From the sequence record NZ_CP025192.1: 64,000 bases of DNA. One strand, written 5' to 3'. The notes below the pieces were generated by a model. That model was given only the letters and a program-made list of their open reading frames with translations, was not told where the DNA came from and ran no database searches. Of the stretch, positions 38,374-47,663 are shown piece after piece. Source of the DNA: a plasmid. Position 1 is the stretch's first letter. Every line of letters starts with the position of its first letter. A program made the translations under genes and the position numbers.

Positions 38374-41300
38374 CTATTCGGCCGCCAGCTTCTGGGAAGG
38401 CTGGCCATGATCGGGCGCCACGTCCCGCAGGACGATGCCGAGGCCTTTGCCGTCGATCAGCTCGGCGGCGATCTCGTCCACCACGCCGGCTTCGGCGCGC
38501 GTGTCCAGCTCGCCGAGCTTGAGCCGCTCGTTCTTGCGCCGCTCGATCTCCTTCACCGCCGAGCCGCGCTTGAACACCTTCGCCAACCGCCGCAGCGCCT
38601 CCGAGAAGCCCAGGGCCGCATAGAGGCGGTTGCGCAGGCTGGTGTCGCCCGGCGTGGTGCTCAGCGCCCACAGCTCGACCGGGCCCAGCGAGTTGATGAG
38701 CATCTGCTCGTACTTGGCACCGCCGGCGGTCAGCACCGCGAGGAAGGGAGCCCCGTTCGGTCCCGGGCCGTTGAGCGCATAGCGCACGACATCCGCACTC
38801 GCGGCCGACAGGTCGAAGCGCGTGATGATCTCTTCGCGCTCCTTCTCGTCGCCGGTCCGCAGGATGAAGCGCCCGGTGCTCTGGGCGACGATGGCCTCGC
38901 CCATGTCCTCCAGCCGCTGCGACGAGAAGCCGAGCTGGATGTTGTGCTTGCGGCCCTCGCGCACGTCGAGCTCGGCCTGGGCGCGGACCAGCGGGCTGCC
39001 CCTGGTGCGGTGCCACTCGTCGTAGTCGAGGCGCTTGACCGCCTCCATCACCTCCTGGAACCGCTCGCGGTGGTAGTCGCGCACCGGCTCGGGGACGAAC
39101 TGCGCGTAGTCCGGGTGCAGGAAGAAGTTCCGCGCCAGCAGATGCCGCGCCAGCATGTACATCAGCTCGGTCTGCCGGTTCGCCGCCGCCGAGCCGGCCG
39201 GAGCCACCGCGGCGAGGTCGAGCACGATGATGCGGGCCGGGCCGAAATCCAGGCGGGTTGGCCGGCTCAACGAGGGAAAGCGCCGGATCAGATCGTAGAC
39301 GTAGCGCTCGAACAGGGTGCAGGCGGACTCGCTGGTCTCGGCGATATGCAGGTCCTTGAAGGCGTCGCGGATCTGGTCCGAGCGGGCGGCGGCGATCAGG
39401 TCCTGCAGCACCGGCACGGCATGGCGCTGCGCTACCTCGGCCAGCCGCATCTCGCCGGCGCCGATCAGCGCATCCACGGCGTCGCGCCACCAGGGGGTAT
39501 CGCCGGGCAGGACGAGCCCGTGGCGGCGCAGCGCGGCATCCACCTCCGGCTCCACGCCGGCCCGGTAGGGCTTCGGCGAGCCGCCGGTGACGTCGGTGCA
39601 GAGCCGGTAGGCCTCGTCGATCACGGCGCCGATCAGCTGCGCCATGCCCTCGAAGGGAGTGGAGGTATCCGGGGGCGTGGTGGCCAGCGCCAGGAAGTTC
39701 TGCAGGAAGGACCGCTCCAGTGGCAGCGGGTAGTGGCAGCCGACCTGCAGGTCGAAGATATTGACCTCGTAGCCCGGCCCGAACTGCATGGTGACGAAGA
39801 TCGCCTCGTGCTCGCGCGCGGGGCCGAGCGCCTCGCGCACCAGCCGCACGAAGCCCTGCGCCGAAGGGCCGATATCGGCCTTGCCGATCAGCGGCAGCCT
39901 GGCGCCCTTGACCCCGAGCACGGCGGGGCTGAGCACCAGGCCGAGGTTGATGCAGTTGGCCAGCACCGACTTGCCGGAACCGGGCGGCGCCACGAAGACG
40001 TCGCAGACGAGCGGGCGCTTGTCGCCGCCGGAGGGGTCGTAGGGCCAGATGGCGCCGTCGGGCCGGCGGAACAGCACCGAGCCCTGCTCCCAGGGCGAGG
40101 CGGTGCGGTTCCAGGGCAGCATGGCGAAGGCGTCGCCCAGCAGGGCGATCTGCGGCGTGCCGGTCGAGGTGAGCGACAGGCCGGGGACGCTGGACAGCGC
40201 CCCCTCCAGCGGATCGCCGGCGATCGGGGTGGTCTTGCAGTTGCCCCAGCCCTCGATGCGCTGCGCCAGGGTCGAGGCGCGACGGCGCAGCAGCCGCATC
40301 TCGCCGGCCGGGGCCCAGGTCGCGAAGGAGGCGCGCAGCCGCACGCCGATGTGGTTGTCCTCGTTGCGGGCCTGCCGCAGGGCGTCGAAGGCGCGCCGGA
40401 TATCGGCGTTGCCGGGGAACATCGAGAAGAAGGTCGCGGCGACCTCCTTGATCTGCATGGCGTTGCGGCCGCCGCCCTCGATCACCACGGCGCTGCGCCA
40501 GGGGATGCGGTCCTGGCCCAGCCGGGCGGAAAGCTCGACGAAGGGACGCGGATCCTCGGGCCCCACCGCCATGTCCACCGGGGCATAGTCGTGATCGCCG
40601 ATGCGGACGCGCTGGCCCCCCAGCGTCTCGGCATCGGCATGGAACATCTGCTCGGCCACGGCCGGCCACAGCATGCCGGCGGTGGGGCTCTCGCCGCCAT
40701 CGGGATCCTCGGTCGCCCGCGGCATCACCCGGTCGCCCGGCAACGTCGCCTTCCAGTCGGAGCCGGCGGTTTCGCGGTAGACGGATTCGCGGATCACCCT
40801 GAGCGCCTCGTGGGCATCCAGTTCGCGGGTGGCGACGTCGTTGTTGCCGAGCGACGCGACGACCCGCGAGACGAAGGCCGTGTGCCGCGCCGCCATCACC
40901 TCGGAGCGCAGGTAGTAGCGCTGGCTGTTGCCGGCGCGCGGCCCCTCGCGCGAGAGGACCTTCTGCTCCTCGGCCATCTGCCGGCGCTCCTCCTTGGTCA
41001 GGACAGCGCGGCGGGTCCAGAGCACGTAGTAGGCGGCCTCCCAGCGCATGATCCGGGGCCACAGCGCCGCGCGTTCCTCGAGCACGTCCGAGACGTTGAG
41101 ACCGAGTTCCCGTGCGATGGTGCGGCAGGAGGCGAGGTTCAGCCGCTCGATCTCGACCCCGGCCATGTCCGGGTCGGAGACGTACCAGCCGACAATGGCG
41201 TGGCCACGGTCCTCCAGCGCGCCCGCCAGGTCGATGCGCTGTGCCGTGGCGATGCGCTCGACGTCGTCGCGCTTGGCCATCCGCCGCATGCCCTCGATAC

Positions 41301-41445
41301 GGACCACGCTGAGGTAGTCGCATTGGCGCGTCACCAGGGCGTCGCCATGGGCGGTCTCGATCTCGCAGAAGGCCGGCAGCGGCTGGCGGAGAACCAGCGA
41401 CAGGCCGGCGAGGCCACGGGTGATGGCGGTGGCGATCATGCGGCC
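38374..41445 (-). CDS. dotO: DotO/IcmB ATPase (TraU-like)
   Basis: 1023 aa from MIATAIT. Walker A PPGSGKS. Size and composition of IcmB/DotO. The overlapping 1039-aa ORF in another frame is rejected. Confidence 0.8.
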   Translation of the reverse strand, partial: GRMIATAITRGLAGLSLVLRQPLPAFCEIETAHGDALVTRQCDYLSVVRIEGMRRMAKRDDVERIATAQRIDLAGALEDRGHAIVGWYVSDPDMAGVEIERLNLASCRTIARELGLNVSDVLEERAALWPRIMRWEAAYYVLWTRRAVLTKEERRQMAEEQKVLSREGPRAGNSQRYYLRSEVMAARHTAFVSRVVASLGNNDVATRELDAHEALRVIRESVYRETAGSDWKATLPGDRVMPRATEDPDGGESPTAGMLWPAVAEQMFHADAETLGGQRVRIGDHDYAPVDMAVGPEDPRPFVELSARLGQDRIPWRSAVVIEGGGRNAMQIKEVAATFFSMFPGNADIRRAFDALRQARNEDNHIGVRLRASFATWAPAGEMRLLRRRASTLAQRIEGWGNCKTTPIAGDPLEGALSSVPGLSLTSTGTPQIALLGDAFAMLPWNRTASPWEQGSVLFRRPDGAIWPYDPSGGDKRPLVCDVFVAPPGSGKSVLANCINLGLVLSPAVLGVKGARLPLIGKADIGPSAQGFVRLVREALGPAREHEAIFVTMQFGPGYEVNIFDLQVGCHYPLPLERSFLQNFLALATTPPDTSTPFEGMAQLIGAVIDEAYRLCTDVTGGSPKPYRAGVEPEVDAALRRHGLVLPGDTPWWRDAVDALIGAGEMRLAEVAQRHAVPVLQDLIAAARSDQIRDAFKDLHIAETSESACTLFERYVYDLIRRFPSLSRPTRLDFGPARIIVLDLAAVAPAGSAAANRQTELMYMLARHLLARNFFLHPDYAQFVPEPVRDYHRERFQEVMEAVKRLDYDEWHRTRGSPLVRAQAELDVREGRKHNIQLGFSSQRLEDMGEAIVAQSTGRFILRTGDEKEREEIITRFDLSAASADVVRYALNGPGPNGAPFLAVLTAGGAKYEQMLINSLGPVELWALSTTPGDTSLRNRLYAALGFSEALRRLAKVFKRGSAVKEIERRKNERLKLGELDTRAEAGVVDEIAAELIDGKGLGIVLRDVAPDHGQPSQKLAAE

Positions 41446-42095
41446 TCCGGGCGGTGGTGGATCATCCTGGGCGCGCCCCAGGCGCGCAGCAGGTCCGGAT
41501 AGATGTCCTCCTTGCCGCGCGGCATCCGGCCGAGCGGCAGCAGGCGGACGCCGCCAAGGAGGTAGGCCCGGTCCTGGTAGGCGCGCGGCGCGAGGCCGAG
41601 CAGCGCGGCGCCGAGCACCGCCGGATCGTGGGTCAGGAGCTTGCTGGCGCAGATCGCCTGGCGGGCCCGGAACGCGGTCAGGGCCCGCCAGGCGGCGATG
41701 GTGGCCGGGCTTTCCCGGCGTGGCAGGATGTCGAGCGTCGGATCGTCGCCCGCCTCCAGCAAGGAGAGCTGGGCGGCGCGCGCGACGGCGAACAGCGCCT
41801 GCTGGCTCATCTCCGGCAGCCAGATCAGGGTCGCGGATCCCTCGGCCGCCGCGGTGTCGAGGTGCTGCGTGAGATGGCAGAGGGTACAGGCCACGGCGAG
41901 GTTGCCGGGCGCGGCGTCGGCCTCGTCGCCGTTCAGGTGGAACCATTCCTGCCGGCCCGCGGCGAGGGCGCCGCAGAACCGGCAGGGAATGTCGGGCACC
42001 GGGGCGGGGTCCACCTTGGTCGCCCGCCGCTCCCGGCAGGCCGCGCCGCCCCAGGAGGACGTATGCGACGACAGCAGGAGCGGCGGGAAACGCAT
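41436..42095 (-). CDS. icmJ: IcmJ/DotN-like Cys-rich protein
   Basis: 219 aa from MRFPPLL. Cys cluster CRFCG...CTLCH. Immediately upstream of dotO, matching the icmJ-icmB pairing. Confidence 0.65.
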   Translation of the reverse strand: MRFPPLLLSSHTSSWGGAACRERRATKVDPAPVPDIPCRFCGALAAGRQEWFHLNGDEADAAPGNLAVACTLCHLTQHLDTAAAEGSATLIWLPEMSQQALFAVARAAQLSLLEAGDDPTLDILPRRESPATIAAWRALTAFRARQAICASKLLTHDPAVLGAALLGLAPRAYQDRAYLLGGVRLLPLGRMPRGKEDIYPDLLRAWGAPRMIHHRPEAA

Positions 42096-42111
42096 GGTGG
42101 GAGGCCCCGGC

Positions 42112-42546
42112 TCAGTTGAAGGTGACGACCGAGTTGGTGCCGCTGACCGTCGCGGAGCCACCGGAGGCGGTCTGCGCTGCCTTGCCGATCCAGACGCCGC
42201 CGGTGGCGAAGAGGCCGCAGAGCACGATGCCGGCGAGGCCCATGGCGACCTTGCCGCCCTCGCGGTTCTGCGGCTGGCGCGACTGCCACAGGGCCCAGGC
42301 GCCGCCGATCAGGCAGATCAGCGCCGCGACGTACATCGCCATGGAGCCGAGGTTGCCGCCGGCGGTGGCCGCCTCCTGCGCCATGGTGCCGACCTGGCCG
42401 CCGATGGTGTTGGCGGCCTGGGCGAAGGCGTTGCCGGAGAAGAACGCCCCCATGGCCGCCGCCATCAGCGCCAGCCCGACGCGGCGGCGCAGGATCGCGC
42501 CCTGGGGGCGCGGGGCGAGGGTGGTCTTGTGGGAGATGATCGACAC
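42112..42546 (-). CDS. icmD: IcmD/DotP-like small membrane protein (GTG start; ATG alternative at 42465)
   Basis: Signal/TM N-terminus RRRVGLALMAAAMGAFF. Paralogous to the next gene, sharing WALWQSRQPQNREGG with its WGFWQQAQPHNPFRG. IcmC and IcmD are paralogs in Legionella. Confidence 0.5.
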   Translation of the reverse strand: MSIISHKTTLAPRPQGAILRRRVGLALMAAAMGAFFSGNAFAQAANTIGGQVGTMAQEAATAGGNLGSMAMYVAALICLIGGAWALWQSRQPQNREGGKVAMGLAGIVLCGLFATGGVWIGKAAQTASGGSATVSGTNSVVTFN

Positions 42547-42613
42547 GATGATCGCTTTCCTGTTCAGGGCCGGGGCGCCGTCGGCGACCCTGCGATGATG
42601 CTGTGCGAGGTCC

Positions 42614-42623
42614 TTGCGAACGG
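42614..42623 (-). promoter_or_regulatory. recurring motif TTGCGAACGG in the icmC-icmD intergenic region
   Basis: Same motif, 68-77 bp upstream of the proposed icmD GTG start. Confidence 0.4.
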
Positions 42624-42647
42624 CGCGCAGGATTTTTCGCGCGATCC

Positions 42648-43175
42648 TCAGGCGAACAGCGCGGCGAGGAAGGTCGCCAGCGGCAGCACGTTGATGAGCA
42701 TGACGCCAAAGACGAACTGCACGAGGCAGCCACCCTGCGGCCGGCGGCTGATGCCGCGCATCACCGCCCACCAGGCGAACACGGCCATCAGCGCCATCAT
42801 CGCGCCGAAGGCCTGGAAGAAACCCTGGAAGATGGTGACGACGTTGACGACGGTCTCGGCGGGAGTGGCACCCAGGGCGCCGCTGGCGCTCGGCACGTAG
42901 CCGAAGGCGCCGCCGGTGCCGACGATGATGGACGAGCCGCCGCTGCGGTTGGCCATGGTCAGGATGCCGTCGAAGCTGGCGAAGACGCCGCTCAGCACCA
43001 GCGACACCCAGGGGATCCAGGGCTTGCCCCGGAAGGGGTTGTGCGGTTGCGCCTGCTGCCAGAAGCCCCAGGCGCCGAAAAGGAAGGCGGCGATGGCCGC
43101 CAGGTAGCAGAAGGCGGGGACGAGGAAGGTGATCGCGCCACCGACATCGGCCGCGAAGTTGGCGAGGCCCTGCAT
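42648..43175 (-). CDS. icmC: IcmC/DotE-like small membrane protein
   Basis: 175 aa, 4 TM helices, paralog of the icmD-like gene. Order icmG-icmC-icmD-icmJ-icmB is conserved. Confidence 0.5.
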   Translation of the reverse strand: MQGLANFAADVGGAITFLVPAFCYLAAIAAFLFGAWGFWQQAQPHNPFRGKPWIPWVSLVLSGVFASFDGILTMANRSGGSSIIVGTGGAFGYVPSASGALGATPAETVVNVVTIFQGFFQAFGAMMALMAVFAWWAVMRGISRRPQGGCLVQFVFGVMLINVLPLATFLAALFA

Positions 43176-43186
43176 GGTGGCGCGTC

Positions 43187-44584
43187 CTACTGGATGGAGC
43201 CGCGCTCAGCGCGCACGACCCAGGTCGCGCCCTGCTGCGCGATGGCGGTGATGCGGCCGTAGCCCGGCACCCGGTCACCGACGGCGACCTGGAGCTGGGT
43301 GCCGGACTCGCCGGTGTTGTCCACCTCGGAGAGCATGGCGAGCCCGGGAGAGGCCGCCTGGACCCGGTAGCGGCGCCTCACGGTGTCGCTGGGAGCCGGG
43401 GTCCGCGACGCGGCGGCGGTGACCGGCGGTGCCGGGGCGGGAGCTGCTGCCAGAGGCATTGGCGCCGGCGGCACCGGCGAACCCATGGCGGCCGCCACGG
43501 AGCCGCGCGCCTCGGCGAGTGCCACGCGACGCGAGAGATCGGCCGTGGCGGCATCGAGGCGCTCCCGGGCGGCCGCCATGTCCGCGCGCAGCTGCCGGTT
43601 CTCCTCGCGTAGGTCGCGCACCATGGTCCCGATCGTCGTCACCAGCCCCAGCACCTCGACCTGCTGCGGCGTGCTCATCGGTGCCGGGCGCAACCCGGCC
43701 GCCACGGTGACCGGATCGGGCGTCGCGAACTGGCTGGCTACCGTCGCGGGGGCCGGCACCGGGATGACCGTCAGGGGCGCCGGCGTGGTCACGACCCCCG
43801 CCGCCCTTGCCGGGGGTGCGGCGGACGCCACGGCGGCTGGGGGCGGCTCCGCCGCGGCGGTGGCTGCGGGTGTGCTGGTCGTCACGGACGGGATGACCGC
43901 GGTCGGCGGCGTCTGGATCGGGGCAGGGTCGGCAGGCGCCGTGACCATGGCAGGGCGCGGCGTGGTCACCTCGGGGGGCGTGCCGCCGGTTGCCACGGGC
44001 GGCCGGGCGGGGACTTCCCCGATCCGGGGTGCCAGTGGCGTCGGTTCCACGATGCGGCGAGCGGGCGGCGAGGCGGCCGGCGTGGGAAGGTTGCCTTCGG
44101 CCGTGGCCGGCGCGGGGCGGGCAGGGTTGGCCTGGAAGCCCACGATCTCCTGCAACTGCTGCTGCGGCGGGGCCGGGCGGTGCCGCTCGCGCTCGACCGG
44201 CGGCACCGACACCGGCGCGGGGCCGGCGGCGATCCGCGCCGAGGGCGCGACCAGCTCGGGGCCATGCGGCGCGATGACCTGCCGGGCGCCTTCCATCGCA
44301 CCCTGCAGGCTCGCCGACACTCGCCGGAGGTCGAGGGGATAGATCGTGTTGTAGGGGGACGCCAGGAAGGCACCACCCGCGAGCAGCAGCACGGCACCGA
44401 GGGCCACACCACCGAGGAGGCGGCTGCGCCTCCTGGCGCGAGGGGCGGGCTTCGCCGGGCTTATCGCCTCGCTAGGCCGCTGCGGAGGCTCCTGCGGCGC
44501 ACCGGGGCTCGACGGGCCCGCCGGGCCCGGCGCGTCCGCGGTCAGCGGCCGGAAATCGGGATGCGCGACGAGGTGGGTGTCCAT
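43187..44584 (-). CDS. icmG: IcmG/DotF-like protein with a long Pro/Ala-rich linker
   Basis: About 465 aa from MDTHLVAHPD. One TM helix (LLGGVALGAVLLLAGGAFLA), Pro-rich periplasmic linker, coiled-coil, C-terminal globular domain. The in-frame Arg-rich N-terminal extension of the 1004-aa ORF is rejected. Confidence 0.5.
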   Translation of the reverse strand: MDTHLVAHPDFRPLTADAPGPAGPSSPGAPQEPPQRPSEAISPAKPAPRARRRSRLLGGVALGAVLLLAGGAFLASPYNTIYPLDLRRVSASLQGAMEGARQVIAPHGPELVAPSARIAAGPAPVSVPPVERERHRPAPPQQQLQEIVGFQANPARPAPATAEGNLPTPAASPPARRIVEPTPLAPRIGEVPARPPVATGGTPPEVTTPRPAMVTAPADPAPIQTPPTAVIPSVTTSTPAATAAAEPPPAAVASAAPPARAAGVVTTPAPLTVIPVPAPATVASQFATPDPVTVAAGLRPAPMSTPQQVEVLGLVTTIGTMVRDLREENRQLRADMAAARERLDAATADLSRRVALAEARGSVAAAMGSPVPPAPMPLAAAPAPAPPVTAAASRTPAPSDTVRRRYRVQAASPGLAMLSEVDNTGESGTQLQVAVGDRVPGYGRITAIAQQGATWVVRAERGSIQ

Positions 44585-44664
44585 GAGACGATCCTGCTGG
44601 GCGTTGGCCCGCAGGATCGTCCACCCCGACGCGAACGGCGCCCGGGAAAGCCACCGGCCAGGCG

Positions 44665-45975
44665 TCAGTCGGCGGCGCGCAGATCCTGTAGGAACATGAT
44701 CCCGACCGGTGCATTGGCGGCGAGATGGATGGTCGGGCCGCGCGGCGCCGCCTGTTCCAGTGCCCGGCCAACCTGCTGCGCGGCGACGCCGGCACCGACC
44801 GCGAGCTGCTGCTCCGGGTTGAGGCGGGTGATGAAGGAGGTGCCACCCAGGGGGTTGAGCTGCCCATAGGTGTTCGAGGTGGTCGCGACGGCCTGGCCGA
44901 GCCCGGCGATGAAGGCCGCGGCGGCGGGCAGCACGAAGCGCTCCAACATCCGCTGGTCGACGTTGGTGGCCACCGCGGTCTCCATGCTGTCGGGGGCCAC
45001 CACGATGCCGTCGGCCTGGATGGTCTGACCCTGGTACTGCACACGCGTGACGCGGACGACGAGGCGGTTGCTCTGCCCGGCCCGGTTGAAGCTGCCGATC
45101 AGGCGAGCGCCCGCGATGGGGCCGCTGTCGGCCTGCAGCACGATGGGACCGCCCGTCTCCGAGCTGACCGCCAGCACGGTGTGGGCATAGAGACCCCGCC
45201 CGGCCGGCATCAACACACGGCCCTGGCGCACGCTGCCGCCGGGGAGGGCGCCATCCGTCTCCGTGGTCGCCGGGCGCGTGACACGGCCGGCGGAAGCCGG
45301 TCGGGCGAAGGCACCTGCGCCGTCCCGGCCGTCCTCGGCGGCGGCGGATGGCGCGAGGGTCACGGTGGTCTGCCCCGGGCGACCCTGCCAGCCGCCGAAC
45401 AGCCCATTCACCGCGGCGCGGAAGGCCGGATCGTCGGCCGGCGTCGTCGGCGTATTCGTTTGGGCGACTGTGCGGATCGGGTTCGGGGAGGGGGTCGCGC
45501 GCATCGGCGGAGGCGCGTAGAGCAGGGCCGGGGGCGGTGCCTCCACCGTGGCCGGTCGCACGGCCGGCGGGGAGACAACCGGTGCCGCCGGCGCGGGCGT
45601 TGCGATCGCGGCCGGGAGCTGGACGGGCGGCGGCAGCTGCAGATCCGGCGGAATGCCGCGCTGGCTGGCGTTGATCGGGGGCGTGAAGGACCGTCCAGCC
45701 TGCTGCGCTCGCTCGGCTTGCCGCTGGTTGTCGGCCACCGCGAGGCGGTCCTGGTAGGGGTTGCTGTTGGGACCACCCGGCAGCGTGTTGACCGGGGTCT
45801 GCCGCGCCGCGCGGCTTTCCGCGGGGGGCTCGGTGGAGCCGAGTGCCGCCCAGATGGCGGTGCCCACCACGGTCGCGCCGAGGGCGGCGATCCCGGCGAG
45901 CCGCATCGGCCCGGCGCCGAGGGCGCGGTTGAAGGGGTTGCGCAGCACCCTGCGCCGGATGGCGGCGTCGGACAT
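44665..45975 (-). CDS. icmE: IcmE/DotG-like (VirB10-family C-terminal domain)
   Basis: 436 aa from MSDAAIRRR. TM helix, Pro-rich region, then a VirB10/TrbI-like beta domain (YAHTVLAVSSETGGPIVLQ...GARLIGSF...RVQYQGQTI). Confidence 0.7.
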   Translation of the reverse strand: MSDAAIRRRVLRNPFNRALGAGPMRLAGIAALGATVVGTAIWAALGSTEPPAESRAARQTPVNTLPGGPNSNPYQDRLAVADNQRQAERAQQAGRSFTPPINASQRGIPPDLQLPPPVQLPAAIATPAPAAPVVSPPAVRPATVEAPPPALLYAPPPMRATPSPNPIRTVAQTNTPTTPADDPAFRAAVNGLFGGWQGRPGQTTVTLAPSAAAEDGRDGAGAFARPASAGRVTRPATTETDGALPGGSVRQGRVLMPAGRGLYAHTVLAVSSETGGPIVLQADSGPIAGARLIGSFNRAGQSNRLVVRVTRVQYQGQTIQADGIVVAPDSMETAVATNVDQRMLERFVLPAAAAFIAGLGQAVATTSNTYGQLNPLGGTSFITRLNPEQQLAVGAGVAAQQVGRALEQAAPRGPTIHLAANAPVGIMFLQDLRAAD

Positions 45976-46949
45976 CAGCGTTCCTCGCGCAGCTCGGCCG
46001 AGACCGTGCGGTTGTTGACGGAGAGCAGCACGACCGGCGTCTGCGCCAGTGCGTAGACCGTGGTTCCACCCTCGCCGTACTGCGAGGCGTCCCAGGGCGG
46101 CGACAGCAGGGTGTGGCGCGTGCGCAGGTAGAGCTGGCTGCCCAGCCGCCAGGCCCGCACGTCGTCGGGCGAGACACCGCTGACGGCGAGGGGCACGGCA
46201 TCGGCCGGGGCCACGCCGGAGAGCATGGCGGTCAGGTAGGGGGCGCCGGTCACGGGCGCGCCCGGACGGGTGTCGATCTGAATGCGGGCGTTCGGCCCTC
46301 GGTTGGAGACGTGGATGCTGACATCCGCGTCGTAGCGCGACTGGCCGGCCACCAGCAGGAAGGAGATCGGCTTGGGCGCCCCCTGCAGGTTGACCAGCAG
46401 GCCGCCGCGCGGCGCCACGGACATCGGCGTGATCTGGATGGTGTTGGAGCCGCGCACCGGGACGCAGACATGGAAACCCGTCAGGTCGGCAGACGGCCCT
46501 CCGGGGCCGGCGGGTCCGGCATTGGGCGAGGTCGAGCAGCCGCCGACGCCGGCACCGCCGCCGCCCGAGACGTTGGCGTTGTTGGAGTTGGTATCCCAGG
46601 CGATGGGCCATGGCTGGCCGGTGTTGTCGAAGAAGCTGAGCGCGGTGGGGTAGCCGCGCACGGTCTGCACGATGGAGGTCGGCTGGCCGGGCTGGAAGCC
46701 GACATTCACCGGCCGGCTCACGGGCGCCGCCACGATGGCGACGCTCTCCTCCTGGGCGCGGCGCACCTCGCCGTAGCGGCGCGCCAGCTCGCGGATCATC
46801 TCCGGGGTGAGCGGGATCGCGTCCTCCAGGATGCGGTCGCGCGTGGCGGCCCGATCCGCCGGGCTCGGCGGTGGCGGCGCCTGGGCCGATGCGGCAGCGG
46901 CGAGCACGGAGCCCGCGGCAAGGCCAAGGATGGCGTGACGGACATGCAC
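45975..46949 (-). CDS. icmK: IcmK/DotH-like (VirB9-like) periplasmic/outer-membrane protein
   Basis: Signal peptide MHVRHAILGLAAGSVLAAAASAQA. 324 aa with beta-rich composition. Position between icmL and icmE. Confidence 0.65.
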   Translation of the reverse strand: MHVRHAILGLAAGSVLAAAASAQAPPPPSPADRAATRDRILEDAIPLTPEMIRELARRYGEVRRAQEESVAIVAAPVSRPVNVGFQPGQPTSIVQTVRGYPTALSFFDNTGQPWPIAWDTNSNNANVSGGGGAGVGGCSTSPNAGPAGPGGPSADLTGFHVCVPVRGSNTIQITPMSVAPRGGLLVNLQGAPKPISFLLVAGQSRYDADVSIHVSNRGPNARIQIDTRPGAPVTGAPYLTAMLSGVAPADAVPLAVSGVSPDDVRAWRLGSQLYLRTRHTLLSPPWDASQYGEGGTTVYALAQTPVVLLSVNNRTVSAELREER

Positions 46950-46969
46950 GAGAGGAGCTCCTGATCCGG

Positions 46970-47599
46970 CTATCGGGCGATGGCGACCAGCTGGTCGATC
47001 ATCAGGCCGTCCGGACGATCCTCGTCGTTGGTGCGAACGACGACCGTCGAGATGGTCAGGTTGGTCTGGCTCGTCTGCTGCGAGTTCTCGCAGGTCTGCA
47101 CGATGGGAAACTGCACCGTGTGGCTCAGGCGCCCCCGCACGATCTGCGTGTCGGCGATGGTGGCGGCGCGCTGCGCCTGGGCGTAGCAGACCATGCGCCC
47201 GGCCTTCATCGCCTCGAAGTTGCCGCTGGCTTGGTAGCTACGGGCGAAGCTGTTCCAGCCCTGCAGCGAGAAGCGCCGTCCCGCCGTGTTCAGCTGCGTC
47301 GGGTAGTCGTGATAGTTGACATTATAGGCGGCGAGCACCGCCCGGACCGTCCATTCCAGCAGCTGCGCGTCATCCACGACGGGGCTTTCGAGCGCGCGGA
47401 TCGGCCGCGGCGGGTTGCGACCGTCGACCAGGAAGTAGCGGGTTTCGCTGGGGCGTGTCTGCAGCCAGTAGGAATGCGCCAGCGCCGAGAGGGTGACGAC
47501 GGACATGGCGACCGTCAGGAGGGTGAGGCGATTGACCAGGCGTCCCTGGAACTCCGGATCGCTCAGCCGGTGACTGATCGCCGTGCGCGCATTCTGCAT
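46970..47599 (-). CDS. icmL: IcmL/DotI-like (VirB8-like) bitopic membrane protein
   Basis: 209 aa, one TM helix (LTLLTVAMSVVTLSALA), periplasmic NTF2-like domain. Size and position match IcmL/TraM. Confidence 0.7.
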   Translation of the reverse strand: MQNARTAISHRLSDPEFQGRLVNRLTLLTVAMSVVTLSALAHSYWLQTRPSETRYFLVDGRNPPRPIRALESPVVDDAQLLEWTVRAVLAAYNVNYHDYPTQLNTAGRRFSLQGWNSFARSYQASGNFEAMKAGRMVCYAQAQRAATIADTQIVRGRLSHTVQFPIVQTCENSQQTSQTNLTISTVVVRTNDEDRPDGLMIDQLVAIAR

Positions 47600-47639
47600 G
47601 ACAAGGTTCCATCCTGATGACGGAATCCTCGGTCATGGT

Positions 47640-47650
47640 GATGCGAACAG
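47640..47650 (-). promoter_or_regulatory. recurring motif GATGCGAACAG, 41-51 bp upstream of icmL
   Basis: Same motif, followed 20 bp further on (coding strand) by GATTCCG, as at the 34400 site. Confidence 0.45.
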
Positions 47651-47663
47651 CCACGGATCGCCG

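Noticed and set aside
38204-41323. 1039-aa ORF overlapping dotO/icmB in another frame
   Set aside because: Arg/Pro/Ala-rich, with no motifs. A typical alternative-frame artefact of 68 percent GC coding DNA. The 38374-41445 frame carries the Walker motif and IcmB-like sequence.
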